From NCBI GenBank assembly GCA_950097015.1, contig CATNEN010000041.1, positions 2,232,001-2,296,000 of the forward strand: a DNA stretch of 64,000 nucleotides, written 5' to 3'. This document shows positions 1 through 10,911 of the stretch, one piece after another (position 1 is the stretch's first letter; every line of letters begins with the position of its first letter). A model generated the notes under the pieces. It was given only the letters and a program-made list of their open reading frames with translations, was not told the DNA's origin and did no database searches. The stretch is from Macrostomum hystrix. Lineage: Eukaryota > Animalia > Platyhelminthes. The position numbers and the translations under genes were made by a program.

Positions 1-324
1 GGAGTAATTGCAATTTGTATGCAGCGAAAACCGTGCGTGATGCCGAGTTTAGAGGACATGTACTTCTACGAGAACTTATAAAATCAAGGGCATATTATTA
101 GCACAATTGGTTCTAAAAACGACAAAAAATCATGATAAATCTTCGTAAAAACAATGAAAAATGCACTTTTAGAAAAATTAATGAAGCGAACTCTAAAAAT
201 CAAAGCATGACTTTTGTTAGTCTAAATCATAATTTTCTTGGAAATCAAAACGTGTAAAATTATTTTCAGATGCTACAAAACTCGACATTCCTTTTCTGCT
301 GTTCTGAGGCTGACGTGGACTTCA

Positions 325-1775
325 GATCCCACTGAATCCCAGCCACTCTCTACTCCTGAGATCCCTAGCATCCCACTGAATCCCAGCCACTCCCTACTCC
401 TGAGATTCCTGGCATCCCACTGAATCCCAGCCACTCCCTACTCCTGAGATCCCTGGCATCCCACTGAATCCCAGCCACTCCCTACTCCTGAGATCCCTGG
501 CATCCCACTGAATCCCAGCCACTCCCTACTCCTGAGATCCCTGGCATCCCACTGAATCCCAGCCACTCCCTACTCCTGAGATCCCTGGCATCCCACTGAA
601 TCCCAGCCACTCCCTACTCCTGAGATCCCTAGCATCCCACTGAATCCCAGCCACTCCCTACACCTGAGATCCCTGGCATCCCACTGAATCCCAGCCACTC
701 TCTACTCCTGAGATCCCTGGCATCCCACTGAATCCCAGCCACTCCCTACTCCTGAGATCCCTAGCATCCCACTGAATCCCAGCCACTCCCTACACCTGAG
801 ATCCCTGGCATCCCACTGAATCCCAGCCACTCCCTACACCTGAGATCCCTGGCATCCCACTGAATCCCAGCCACTCCCTACACCTGAGATCCCTGGCATC
901 CCACTGAATCCCAGCCACTCCCTACACCTGAGATCCCTGGCATCCCACTGAATCCCAGCCACTCCCTACACCTGAGATCCCTGGCATCCCACTGAATCCC
1001 AGCCACTCCCTACACCTGAGATCCCTGGCATCCCACTGAATCCCAGCCACTCCCTACACCTGAGATCCCTGGCATCCCACTGAATCCCAGCCACTCCCTA
1101 CACCTGAGATCCCTAGCATCCCACTGAATCCCAGCCACTCCCTACACCTGAGATCCCTAGCATCCCACTGAATCCCAGCCACTCCCTACACCTGAGATCC
1201 CTAGCATCTTACTGAATCCCAGCCACTCCCTACTCCTGAGATCCCTGGCATCCCACTGAATCCCAGCCACTCCCTACACCTGAGATCCCTAGCATCTTAC
1301 CGAATCCCAGCCACTCCCTACTCCTGAGATCCCTGGCATCCAAGTGAATCCCAGCCACTCCCTACACCTGAGATCCCTAGCATCTTACTGAATCCTAGCC
1401 ACTCCCTACTCCTGAGATCCCTAGCATCCCACTGAATCCCAGCCACTCCCTACTCCTGAGATCCCTGGCATCCCACTGAATCCCAGCCACTCCCTACTCC
1501 TGAGATCCCTGGCATCCCAGTGAATCCCAGCCACTCCCTACTCCTGAGATCCCTGGCATCCAAGTGAATCCCAGCCACTCCCTACACCTGAGATCCCTAG
1601 CATCTTACTGAATCCTAGCCACTCCCTACACCTGAGATCCCTAGCATCTTACTGAATCCTAGCCACTCCCTACACCTGAGATCCCTAGCATCCCACTGAA
1701 TCCCAGCCACTCCCTACTCCTGAGATCCCTGGCATCCCAGTGAATCCCAGCCACTCCCTACAACTGAGATCCCTG
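325..1775. repeat. 44-bp minisatellite, ~33 copies (ATCCCTGGCATCCCACTGAATCCCAGCCACTCCCTACTCCTGAG), intronic in SLC38A9
   Basis: Period read directly (TGAATC at 421 and 465). Minor variants CTAG/CTGG, ACTCC/ACACC and CTTACT. Confidence 0.97.
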
Positions 1776-1874
1776 GGTACAGTGCAAGCCTTCAGTAAGG
1801 TAGAATTTCGCGGAAATGAAAGCCTGGAATCGCCAGCAATTAAGGCGGCGCAAGCGCTAAATGCTTTGGTTTAC

Positions 1875-1981
1875 ATTGTTCTCTGGCCGTTTCTGCTCCC
1901 GCATCAGCGACACGATGAAGCAGTGACTGAACAGGGCCAGAGACAGCACGCCGGCCATGGTCACAAAGCTGGGGGAGAACT
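1875..1981 (-). CDS. SLC38A9: SLC38A9 TM6 exon, variant B ([35 protein letters not shown])
   Basis: Acceptor ccttgcag|AG, donor AAT|gtaaac, 107 nt, same phases as variant A, open frame, homologous to A. Not annotated as such by the ORF track. Confidence 0.82.
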
Positions 1982-4900
1982 CTGCAAGGCGGGGTGGGCA
2001 GGGCGGGCAGCGAAAGTGTGCGGCGGAGCGGCCAACGAGCGGCCTGGGCGGTGGGTGGCTCAGGTGCGATCATCATCAAGCGGCCGCACCTCGAAAGCAA
2101 CTGAGTTGCATTGTGTAAGCAATTTAGCACAACATCTCCAATAAATAAAAAACTCAACAACAACAAAAAAGCAACAGAATTAGGGACACTGAGATCTCCC
2201 TGCAACAGTTCACTAACATTATTCTCTGGCCGCAGCTGGTTCCTGGTCAGCGTGATGACTGCGTTATGGCTGAACAGCGCCAGAGATAGCACGCCCGTCA
2301 TGAGGGGAAAGGTCCGCCGCAGCTCTGCAGGTGCGTCAGGTGACTGACTGGCTGACTGCCTGACTGCCTGCCTGACTGCCTGCCTGACTGACTGACTGAC
2401 TGCCTGACTGACTGCCTGACTGCCTGCCTGACTGACTGCCTGCCTGACTGCCTGCCTGACTGACTGACTGACTGACTGACTGACTGACTGACTGACTGAC
2501 TGACTGACTGACTGACTCACTGACTGCCTGACTGACTGACTGCCTGACTGCCTGACTGACTGACTGACTGACTGACTGACTGACTGACTGACTGACTGAC
2601 TGACTGACTGACTGTATTACCCAAAACGCATACGCAATTGTAAGGGAGGTCGGTGGCAGAGCGTTTAACGCGTTTGCCTCTCGCACCACGGTCCCTAAGT
2701 TCGATTCCACGGCGAGGCCACATTTATTACGGGCGCAGCCGCGGAGAGAAGGCTTGGGGGGCCCTTGAGAGCCAACCTCAAAGGCACAGTGAAGTGTACA
2801 CTGCCTGACGATGAGAAAGTCAGGGCAGATGTGCACGCCTTTGTAAGCGTATGCCTGCGTACAGTATCTGTGTGCGTGTGTGCTCAGGAGTCAGCGAAAT
2901 GGGCAGAATTGCCTCCTCGCTGGCTGCGGGTCTAAAGTCACCAAATGATGTGCCATGCCCGCAGCCCTCCTGCAGCTATTATTATTATTATTATATGCAA
3001 TCGTACATATAAACAAGTGAATAGCAAGCAATGGAGATACCAGTTAAATGCTGTGTCTGTGCCTATCTGCCGGGGTGTCCCGTGTGCGCATGTCAGCTAG
3101 GAAAGCAGGCTGAAGGTGCATCAGCAAGACCCCAGCTAATGTAAGCAGCTAAATAACTGGCTCGTGTTTTCAAACTGAATACTGCAAATGCACTGTGCAG
3201 ATTGAACTGATTGCTTTGTCCAAGCCGCACGGCCTGTCCAAGGCCCTAACCATAGTGCTCTAAATTTCTTTAACCTGTGGTTTAAGGCTAGCCTATTTAA
3301 TTGGGAATCAAAAGTACAAGAAACAACACTATTAGGGCACAGTCGTGGAGAGAAGTCTTGGGTGCGAATTGCTCAACTTAAACTTTTGAGAGCCGAACCC
3401 AAAGGCACTCAATCACGGCTGATGTACAGTACACAGCTGTGTGTGAGTGTTTGCCTGCGTACAGTGCATGTGTGCTTAGGAGTAGACGGATGGGCAGAAT
3501 TGCCTCTCACTGTCAGCGAATGAAAATGATTGTCAGCTAATGCTAATGATAATATTATTATTATTATTATTAGAGCAACAGGTAAACAGCAAACACATGG
3601 GGAAAGTTTATAGAAAGAAAGTTGCACTTCTTGAGCACTGGTAGCTCAGGCTGAACTGCATATTACAAACTGAGCAGTACTCACGATGGATAACACTCCT
3701 GACATCCGTGGCGCTGAAGTCCAGGTGGAAGCCCCACTGAGCGGCCTTCACGCCGACAAAGACCAGCACGTAGACCACGGCCACGGTGCCCAGCGCGTTG
3801 AACTTGGAGAAGAAGCCGGGAGACTTGATGCAAACCAGCGGGAACAGCAGCACCACCAGGTAGAACGGCACAGTCCGCGTTTTGCTCCACACCTTCTGGA
3901 ACAGCGGCTGTGTGGAGTTGTCGAACTCGGGCGGACCAGCGGTGGCAGGCTGGGGGGTGCCGGTGGTGTTGGGCAGGCCGGTTGGTTCCACGGGCACCGA
4001 TGGATGAGTTGGGCAGAGCACGTGGAAGGTGCGGTTGCCAAAGTGGAACTCATTCGGCGTGCCATCGATCTCGCTGACGTTGAACAGCTGGCTGTGCACG
4101 AAGCAGCCGCTCTGCGGGTGTGGGCATCGAGCTTGAGTGAGTATAAGGGAAGCGGGAGCGACTGGGAGATGCAGGACCCGCTGTGAGCATGAGGGATGCA
4201 GGACCTGCTGTGAGCATGAGGGATGCAGGACCTGCTGTGAGCATGAGGGATGCAGGACCTGCTGTGAGCATGAGGGATGCAGGACCCGCTGTGAGCATGA
4301 GGGATGCAGGACCTGTTGTGAGCATGAGGGATGCAGGACCTGCTGTGAGCATGAGGGATGCAGGACCTGCTGTGAGCATGAGGGATGCAGGACCCGCTGT
4401 GAGCATGAGGGATGCAGGACCCGCTGTAAGCATGAGGGATGCAGGACCCGCTGTGGGACTGGGAGATGCAGGACCCGCTGTTGGGTTAGAAGCGGTTGTT
4501 CTGAAGGAGCTACCTTGTACATGATGAGCTAACCTACCTGATAGAGGAAGTTGGACAGCAGCACCCAGTAGACGATGATGGCGCCGAGCAAGGCGGCTGC
4601 CGAGAAAAGCACGGCCACGAGCTCGCCGTACTTGCCCAGGTAAAATTTGCAAACGTCGGAGAATTCCGAGACTGGCACGCCGCTGCGGCCTGAAAGGAAA
4701 AGTTTAGAGAAATTCTGTGATCAATGATTGACAGGTGCTCAGGCTCAGGTGGTCTTGCGGGCTCACCCAGGTTGGAGTAGCTCCGCAGCACCAGGTAGGC
4801 GGTGTAGAAGGTCACCGCCGTCATGAACAGCAGCACCGCCAGGCTAGTGGCGAAGCCGGCCTCCTTGACAGCCCACGGCATGTTCAGCAGCGAGGTGCCC

Positions 4901-5510
4901 ATCATGGTGTTCCAGATGCTAAAGCTGCGGGCACAGCGGCAGAGTCAAGGGTCAGGGCTAGCGATCCAATGATTGCTCCAAAACAACAAACAACTCACAT
5001 AGTGATAATGCTGCTTTGCTTGGAGATCTGCTTGAAGGGCAGGATTAGCAGAAACTGTGGCGGCACCACGTGAGCGGGCATGAGCAGCTGGCTATCAGCC
5101 CCTGGAGCAATCCTGCTGTAGTACTTGTACCTGCTCAGCATGGCCGTTGTCCGGGTCTGAACGTCGGTGCCGGGCCCGGGGGGAGTTGATGTCGAAGGTC
5201 CGGGCGCTGCAGGTGGCTCCGAGCGGGCGCGGTCTCTCGCAGGTTCGGAGAGGGTGGAGTCGACCGGCTGCTCCGGCAGGTAGCTGGACGCGGGGGCGTT
5301 TACCGAGCCATAGCCAATGGGCAGCCGGACGGCGGTGCCCCGCTCAGTCTCGTAGGTGCGCGCAAACGAGCCGGCGCGGCCAGCACTGGCCAACGAGGAC
5401 AACGAGGGCGACAAGAGCGGAGCTGCAGCGGCGCTGGAGTCAGCGCGGCCTGGTCGCTTGGTGTTCACAAGCAGTGGGCGCCGTTCAGTGGAGGACTGCG
5501 GATGCGACAT
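1875..5510 (-). CDS. SLC38A9: Lysosomal amino-acid transporter / mTORC1 arginine sensor SLC38A9; 5' part only, the gene continues left of the window
   Basis: Spliced exons on minus: 5510-4999, 4924-4767, 4689-4538, 4111-3685, then 2324-2218 and/or 1981-1875, all GT-AG and phase compatible. Motifs [71 protein letters not shown] and [16 protein letters not shown] match SLC38A9 as recalled. Confidence 0.93.
2218..2324 (-). CDS. SLC38A9: SLC38A9 TM6 exon, variant A ([35 protein letters not shown])
   Basis: Acceptor cctgcag|AG, donor AAT|gttagt, 107 nt, phase 1 in and 0 out. Confidence 0.88.
2340..2614. repeat. (TGAC)n/(TGCC)n tetranucleotide microsatellite
   Basis: Read directly; it generates the spurious SQSV ORFs. 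Confidence 0.97.
2643..2992 (+). mobile_element. tRNA-derived SINE, full length
   Basis: A-box-like GGTGGCAGAGCG, B-box GTTCGATTCC and (ATT)n tail. Imperfect TSD ATACGCAATTGTA (2630-2642) / ATATGCAATCGTA (2993-3005). Homologous copies elsewhere in the window. Confidence 0.85.
3331..3571 (+). mobile_element. Diverged 5'-truncated copy of the same SINE
   Basis: Shares GGAGAGAAG(T)CTTG, TGCCTGCGTACAGT, GGGCAGAATTGCCTC and the (ATT)n tail. Confidence 0.65.
4160..4480. repeat. 27-bp minisatellite (GTGAGCATGAGGGATGCAGGACCTGCT), ~11 copies, SLC38A9 intron 3
   Basis: Read directly. Confidence 0.95.
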
Positions 5511-8500
5511 TTTTGGTGTGGAGATTCAGCACAGTTGGCTGAGAACTGCAATTTAATGAAACCAGCAATGCTCTTAATTAGATTATTCAACTGAGTCAGC
5601 TGCTTAGTCAACAATAAATAAATAAAAGAATATTAATTTAATGAAAAAATCAAGACAATGTTGTAGACATAAAAATTGCTTTGAAAGAAAGAAGCTTTGT
5701 AGCTAGTTTTTAAAGTACTGCAAGCAAAGCTATTATACAAGTAGTATTTGTGCTGTTTAAATGTACTTTTTATTGTACAAAAATAAAGTTTTATTTTTTT
5801 ATATTTCGATGAAATGTACCTATATGCAAATCAAATTATATTTGTTCAATAATTTATAAAATAATTTTTTTTCCAAGTTCATTTATATAAACTAGATGAT
5901 GTACTTAAAAAAGTATGTTAGGCCTTCTTTATAATTGACAGCCAAAATTTTTAATGCCTATATGTTTATTGCTTATTATATACAGGCACTATTATTGGTA
6001 CTTTTATTATGTAATCAGACTTTCATTTCTAATATACACAAAACATGTAGCTTTGTGTAGGCCCACATCAATATATAAGCTACCAAAAAGATAGGAAAGA
6101 AAAAAGTAAAAAAACAAAGTTATAAGTACAAGAAATGGAATTAAATAAATCAGAGTTAAAAAATCCTTAATATTTTTGGGGTCCTTGAGATTTTGTCAAC
6201 TTACAAGGTCTAGGCACATTGTTATCCAACTATGTGTGTTGGATACTTTGGAGACAATCTTACAATCTCACAATGGCATAACTTCGGTTTCCCACTCAAT
6301 TATTGTATCACATTTTGCACATTTGGGTGGCTACAACAAGCAAGCTAACCACCTGACTGTGAATAACTCTTTATACTTCCGAGTCTCAAGCAACCCAGAT
6401 GCACACAAAAATACATTGTCTTGACTTGATGTATGCTCTATAGGATCCAAAATATGCAAAAATGTGTATGAATAAGTTAGGCCTACAGCAGGAAACCGAA
6501 ATTATGTCTTTACACCTTGTCTTATATTATATATACTAGGACCTAGCCTCTGTCATTTAATGAATATAATTACTAAAGTAATTATGTAATAATTAGTGTA
6601 CTTTTATTAGATACACCTTTATAAGATTTATTAACTACCTTAGCAAAAAAACTGTAAATTTAGCCACTATCCTTTTTGCATTCTGCATTCTGAGTTTAGG
6701 AATATAGCTACACTGTTGAGCAATAACTCACAAAGAAAGTTATCCAGATAATCTGACTTTGCTTTCAGAGCACAAATAAGAGCATAAACGTACATAAATT
6801 AAGTAAATCATAAATGTTCTTGATTGACACCGCTTTTTGGGGTTCCAAATCTTAAGTAGCGAACCAAATTTTTACATTCCAATAGCTGTACGGCTACGGG
6901 AAACTGAAAATTTTATTAATGTCTCGTGAGCTCCTAATATAGCTATGCAAAATTTTATTGCTACGAACATTATTGTCACTGAAGTGGATGTTTTGGAAAA
7001 AGGATATTGCACCATTGTCAAATCCTTTCTGTAGTACCGCATTATTTATAGCAGCAGCTGGTTTCATAGAAAACCAAGGTATTAAAATTCAGAACAATAT
7101 GCTTAGCTTATATGAACTTAATGATGAGCATGCCAAGTTCTTTGTAAAGAAGCAATTGATATATGATAATGCTTACCATTTACATAATATTTTATATACT
7201 TTGCACTATCTCTTTTGTTTAGAATGGTAAAAGAATTTGATTTCTTAAAACCATAAGTTACTGTCCTACGTTCTTAAAAAAACTGTGCACAGTTTGCCAA
7301 TGTGCACGGCTATTGTCATGGCTGACGTATGACATTATTGTTTCATTAATCCCATCGTTAAATCGTATTCTGGTTCTGGGTTTTGTAAGTCTGGGTTCCA
7401 TGGAAATACCATTCTTTGTTACTAAAGTTATACAGTAGGCCCCTAAGCAAAAAACAGCAAAATTGTTCTTATTACACTAATAGACTAAGGAACTATAATA
7501 TAAAGACTATACTAGTAGTGTCGTAAGTAGTAGGCCTAGAAACTTAGTTAACTTAGTAGCCTAGTAATAGCAACTAGTTCCAGTTCTAATTTTTATAAGT
7601 TAATGTTTTTTAATGAAAAGCAGGATCATGTCAGGGCCTATTGGCCTAACAAAAATGTAAATTTCAGTTTTTAATGTTATTAATGAATGCTAATTAGCCA
7701 GGGCCCACAAAGTTGTTATTGTTATATATATATTTTACAGGGTAGCTTCTTTAATATAACATAGGCCTAACTTGTCTAAGAAATTTCTCAAATTTGAACA
7801 ATTTAGTGCTGTTTTAAAGGTAATTTTTTGCCAATCGTAAAGCTGCATTGAAGCCAATTAGCTAGTAGGGCCTAGGCTCTACAGTATCTTCTTTTAGACA
7901 AACCCTTTATATATATTATTTCCCTATTCTTATCCTATAGTAAGGTGGTAAAGTTTTTACCTAAATTTCAAAGTGTGGGTCAAGGGAAATAACTGATAGG
8001 CCCTAGTCTGGATCTAACTATTAGATTGTCTGGGTGGGTAGATTTATAAGTAGATAGACCCTAAGTTGATACACATGTAGGTGAGGCAGAATAATTTTCT
8101 AGGACAGACAGAAAAAGAAAGAAAAAACTAACTTGAGTATTTACCAGTCTCAATCATGTTGGAACTCAGAAATTCTGGTGCATCACAGAAAAAGAATAAG
8201 AAGGCTAAAATACACACAAAAATGTTAGTTTTGCACTCTTTATAAGTTTGAAAATTAAACTAGGCCTAAAAATTCTGATAAATTGGCAAGGAGTCAGTTT
8301 TCTATTTTCAATGAACTTACTATTTACACTCCAGTGTAAAGCAAGTACTCACCAACCATGTATCTCTAATTTTGCTGGCAACACCAATGCAAGTCTAAGG
8401 ATGAAAGTAAATTAAAGGATTATAAAAGGAAAGGACAAAAGAGAATTTATCTATCTATAAGTAGGCCTAACAGTTGTAGATAAAGAAGGCCATTTTGTCA

Positions 8501-9218
8501 CCTTTCAAAGAGTAATAAAACATTATAGATAGGCCATACTTATAAAATATAGTAATAGCATGTAAGCAATATTTTTGTATCTTAAACCATGTTTTCTCTA
8601 CTCTGGAATACTAGAGCAAATACTTGCCGCAATCAATAACAAAGGAGGAAATATAGTCACCTCTTATCATTGGAGCCTGTCAAAGCTAGGCAATCATATG
8701 TGGCATTATGGGTCATGTCTTGTGTGTATCTTTTTTGTCCTTAAATTAAGCTTTTAATAATATTTTTAATGTATTGTTTAAATGTATTATATCACTAAGC
8801 ATAACTTCCTTAAAGTATTTAGGAGTTTGAAATGTATATGAAATATTAAATCAGAATTAGAATGCAAAGTGAGTTTACAAGCAGGTAGACATTGGCTAAG
8901 GCTCTAAGCTAAATTTCTTAATTAAATCTAAATTTCTATTGCCAGGTGCACCAAAATGCTGCTGCAGGCCAGTTATTATGCTTGTATCCCCTTTACACTG
9001 TCTCATATAGAGTGATTAAGATAGAGGCTACAGAACCATGTATTTTTAACTTATGGAATTTAAATGGCTTTGTTACTGATTCTTGTAGGCATATCTAATG
9101 ATCAGGTGCATAATGTTTGTATTAATTATGTAGAATGATTTCGTACAGATACAAGTCAAGTATATTTCACTCCTGCGCCAGCTTCCGCCTCCATTTCAGC
9201 CAGTGGCTCCCGCCCGCA

Positions 9219-10103
9219 ATGTCCAAGTTGAAGCCCACCAAGACCCGCAAGCTCCGTGGCCACGTGTCGCACGGCCACGGCCGAGTCGGCAAGCACCGCA
9301 AGCACCCCAGCGGCCGCGGTAACGCAGGTGGCGCCCACCACCACCGCACCAACTTCGACAAGTACCACCCCGGCTACTTTGGCAAGGTGGGCATGCGGCA
9401 CTTTCACCTGAAGCGCAACCCGTACTACTGCCCGGCCGTCAACACCGACAAGCTGTGGTCGCTGGTCTCGCAGCAGACCTACGACAAGTACAAGGACGGC
9501 AACAAGGAGGGCAAGGTGCCCGTCATCGACTGCCTGCAGGCGGTGAGTCAGCTCAGTAATTTTAAACTGAGCCATCGATTTATTTAACTCTGCCTGAATT
9601 CTGTTAAACAATGCTTCCAATGCCTTTGCAGGGCTACTTCACCTGAATTCTGTTAAACAATGCTTCCAATGCCTTTGCAGGGCTACTTCACCTGAATTCT
9701 GTTAAACAATGCTTTCAATGCCTTTGCAGGGCTACTTCACCTGAATTCTGTTAAACAATGCTTCCAATGCCTTTGCAGGGCTACTTCACCTGAATTCTGT
9801 TAAACAATGCTTCCAATGCCTTTGCAGGGCTACTTCACCTGAATTCTGTTAAACAATGCTTCCAATGCCTTTGCAGGGCTACTTCACCTGAATTCTGTTA
9901 AACAATGCTTCCAATGCCTTTGCAGGGCTACTTCACCTGAATTCTGTTAAACAATGCTTCCAATGCCTTTGCAGGGCTACTTCAAGGTGCTCGGCAAGGG
10001 AAACATGCCGAAGGTGCCGGTCATCGTGAAGGCGAAATTCTTCAGTAAGAAAGCCGAAGAGAAGATCAAGGCCGTGGGCGGCTCCTGCGTGCTGATGGCC
10101 TAA
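9219..10103 (+). CDS. RPL27A: 60S ribosomal protein L27a (uL15)
   Basis: Exons 9219-9542 and 9975-10103. [42 protein letters not shown] and [14 protein letters not shown] at 10144. Confidence 0.97.
9593..9984 (+). repeat. 8 x 49-bp tandem repeat spanning the RPL27A intron 3' end and the first 10 nt of exon 2
   Basis: Unit CCTGAATTCTGTTAAACAATGCTTCCAATGCCTTTGCAG|GGCTACTTCA; one substitution at 9715. Confidence 0.97.
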
Positions 10104-10911
10104 GCACAGATGCTTTTTGACTGACTGATTTTGTGACGAATGAAATAAACTATTGCAAAAGTAATGGCTTCATGCTCACTGCGGCTGCTGCCTTTTGTCA
10201 GAATCGTGGAACCAAAAAGTGGACAGCAAGCTTCCTTGTTTTTTAATTATGCAGTTCACGAATTTCAGAAAAAGTTCGTAAGCACATCTATATTTGTTTC
10301 TCATGGTTTGAGTTCATCGAAATTATCCAGCGTACGCTAGTACAGTGGGTGTCAGGGCCAAGTCATGTTTGAAATGGTGTGGGCTCAGAGGTGCCATGAA
10401 AGCAAGTTGAAGTGCATCAAACCCAGCTTTAGGGCATGTGAGAATACTGGTTGGCAATAGGTTCAATGCTTGATAGTTAGCATGTTCGAAGGCCTGCCAA
10501 GAAAACTTTAAAACAAAAGCGATGCATAGCGTGAGAAAACTTCACAAACTGAGCTAGCTTTGATGACTCATTTAAGCTAACCTGTCAGTCGCTCCGTAGG
10601 CAAGAGGCAAGGCTTTGTCTGACTTAAAACGTAATCTTTATTTGAACCTGCAGAATTGGGGAAGGAATATGCAACTACAATGCCTGCGGACTTCTAAATT
10701 GGTTGTTGTAATTTGTTGCTTTGTGACTGGCTGTTGTCAAGGACCAGCTGTTTGACCAAGGAAGATGCTGTTGCAAGGAGATAAATTTTAGTCAATTGGG
10801 GCCGGGGCGGTTTAAGCAGTGTTTAGTTCTGCGGAACCCAAATAGCATACCAACAGTGCAAGCCAAAAAGTAGATTACAGGAGGCAAATCCAGTTGGATA
10901 TCGTGTGTATT

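Noticed and set aside
2803-2830. CTGACGA...GAAA in the SINE resembling a hammerhead ribozyme core or a SECIS
   Set aside because: Only 3 nt separate CUGACGA from GAAA, so stem II cannot form, and the spacing does not fit a SECIS. It folds more simply as a single hairpin.
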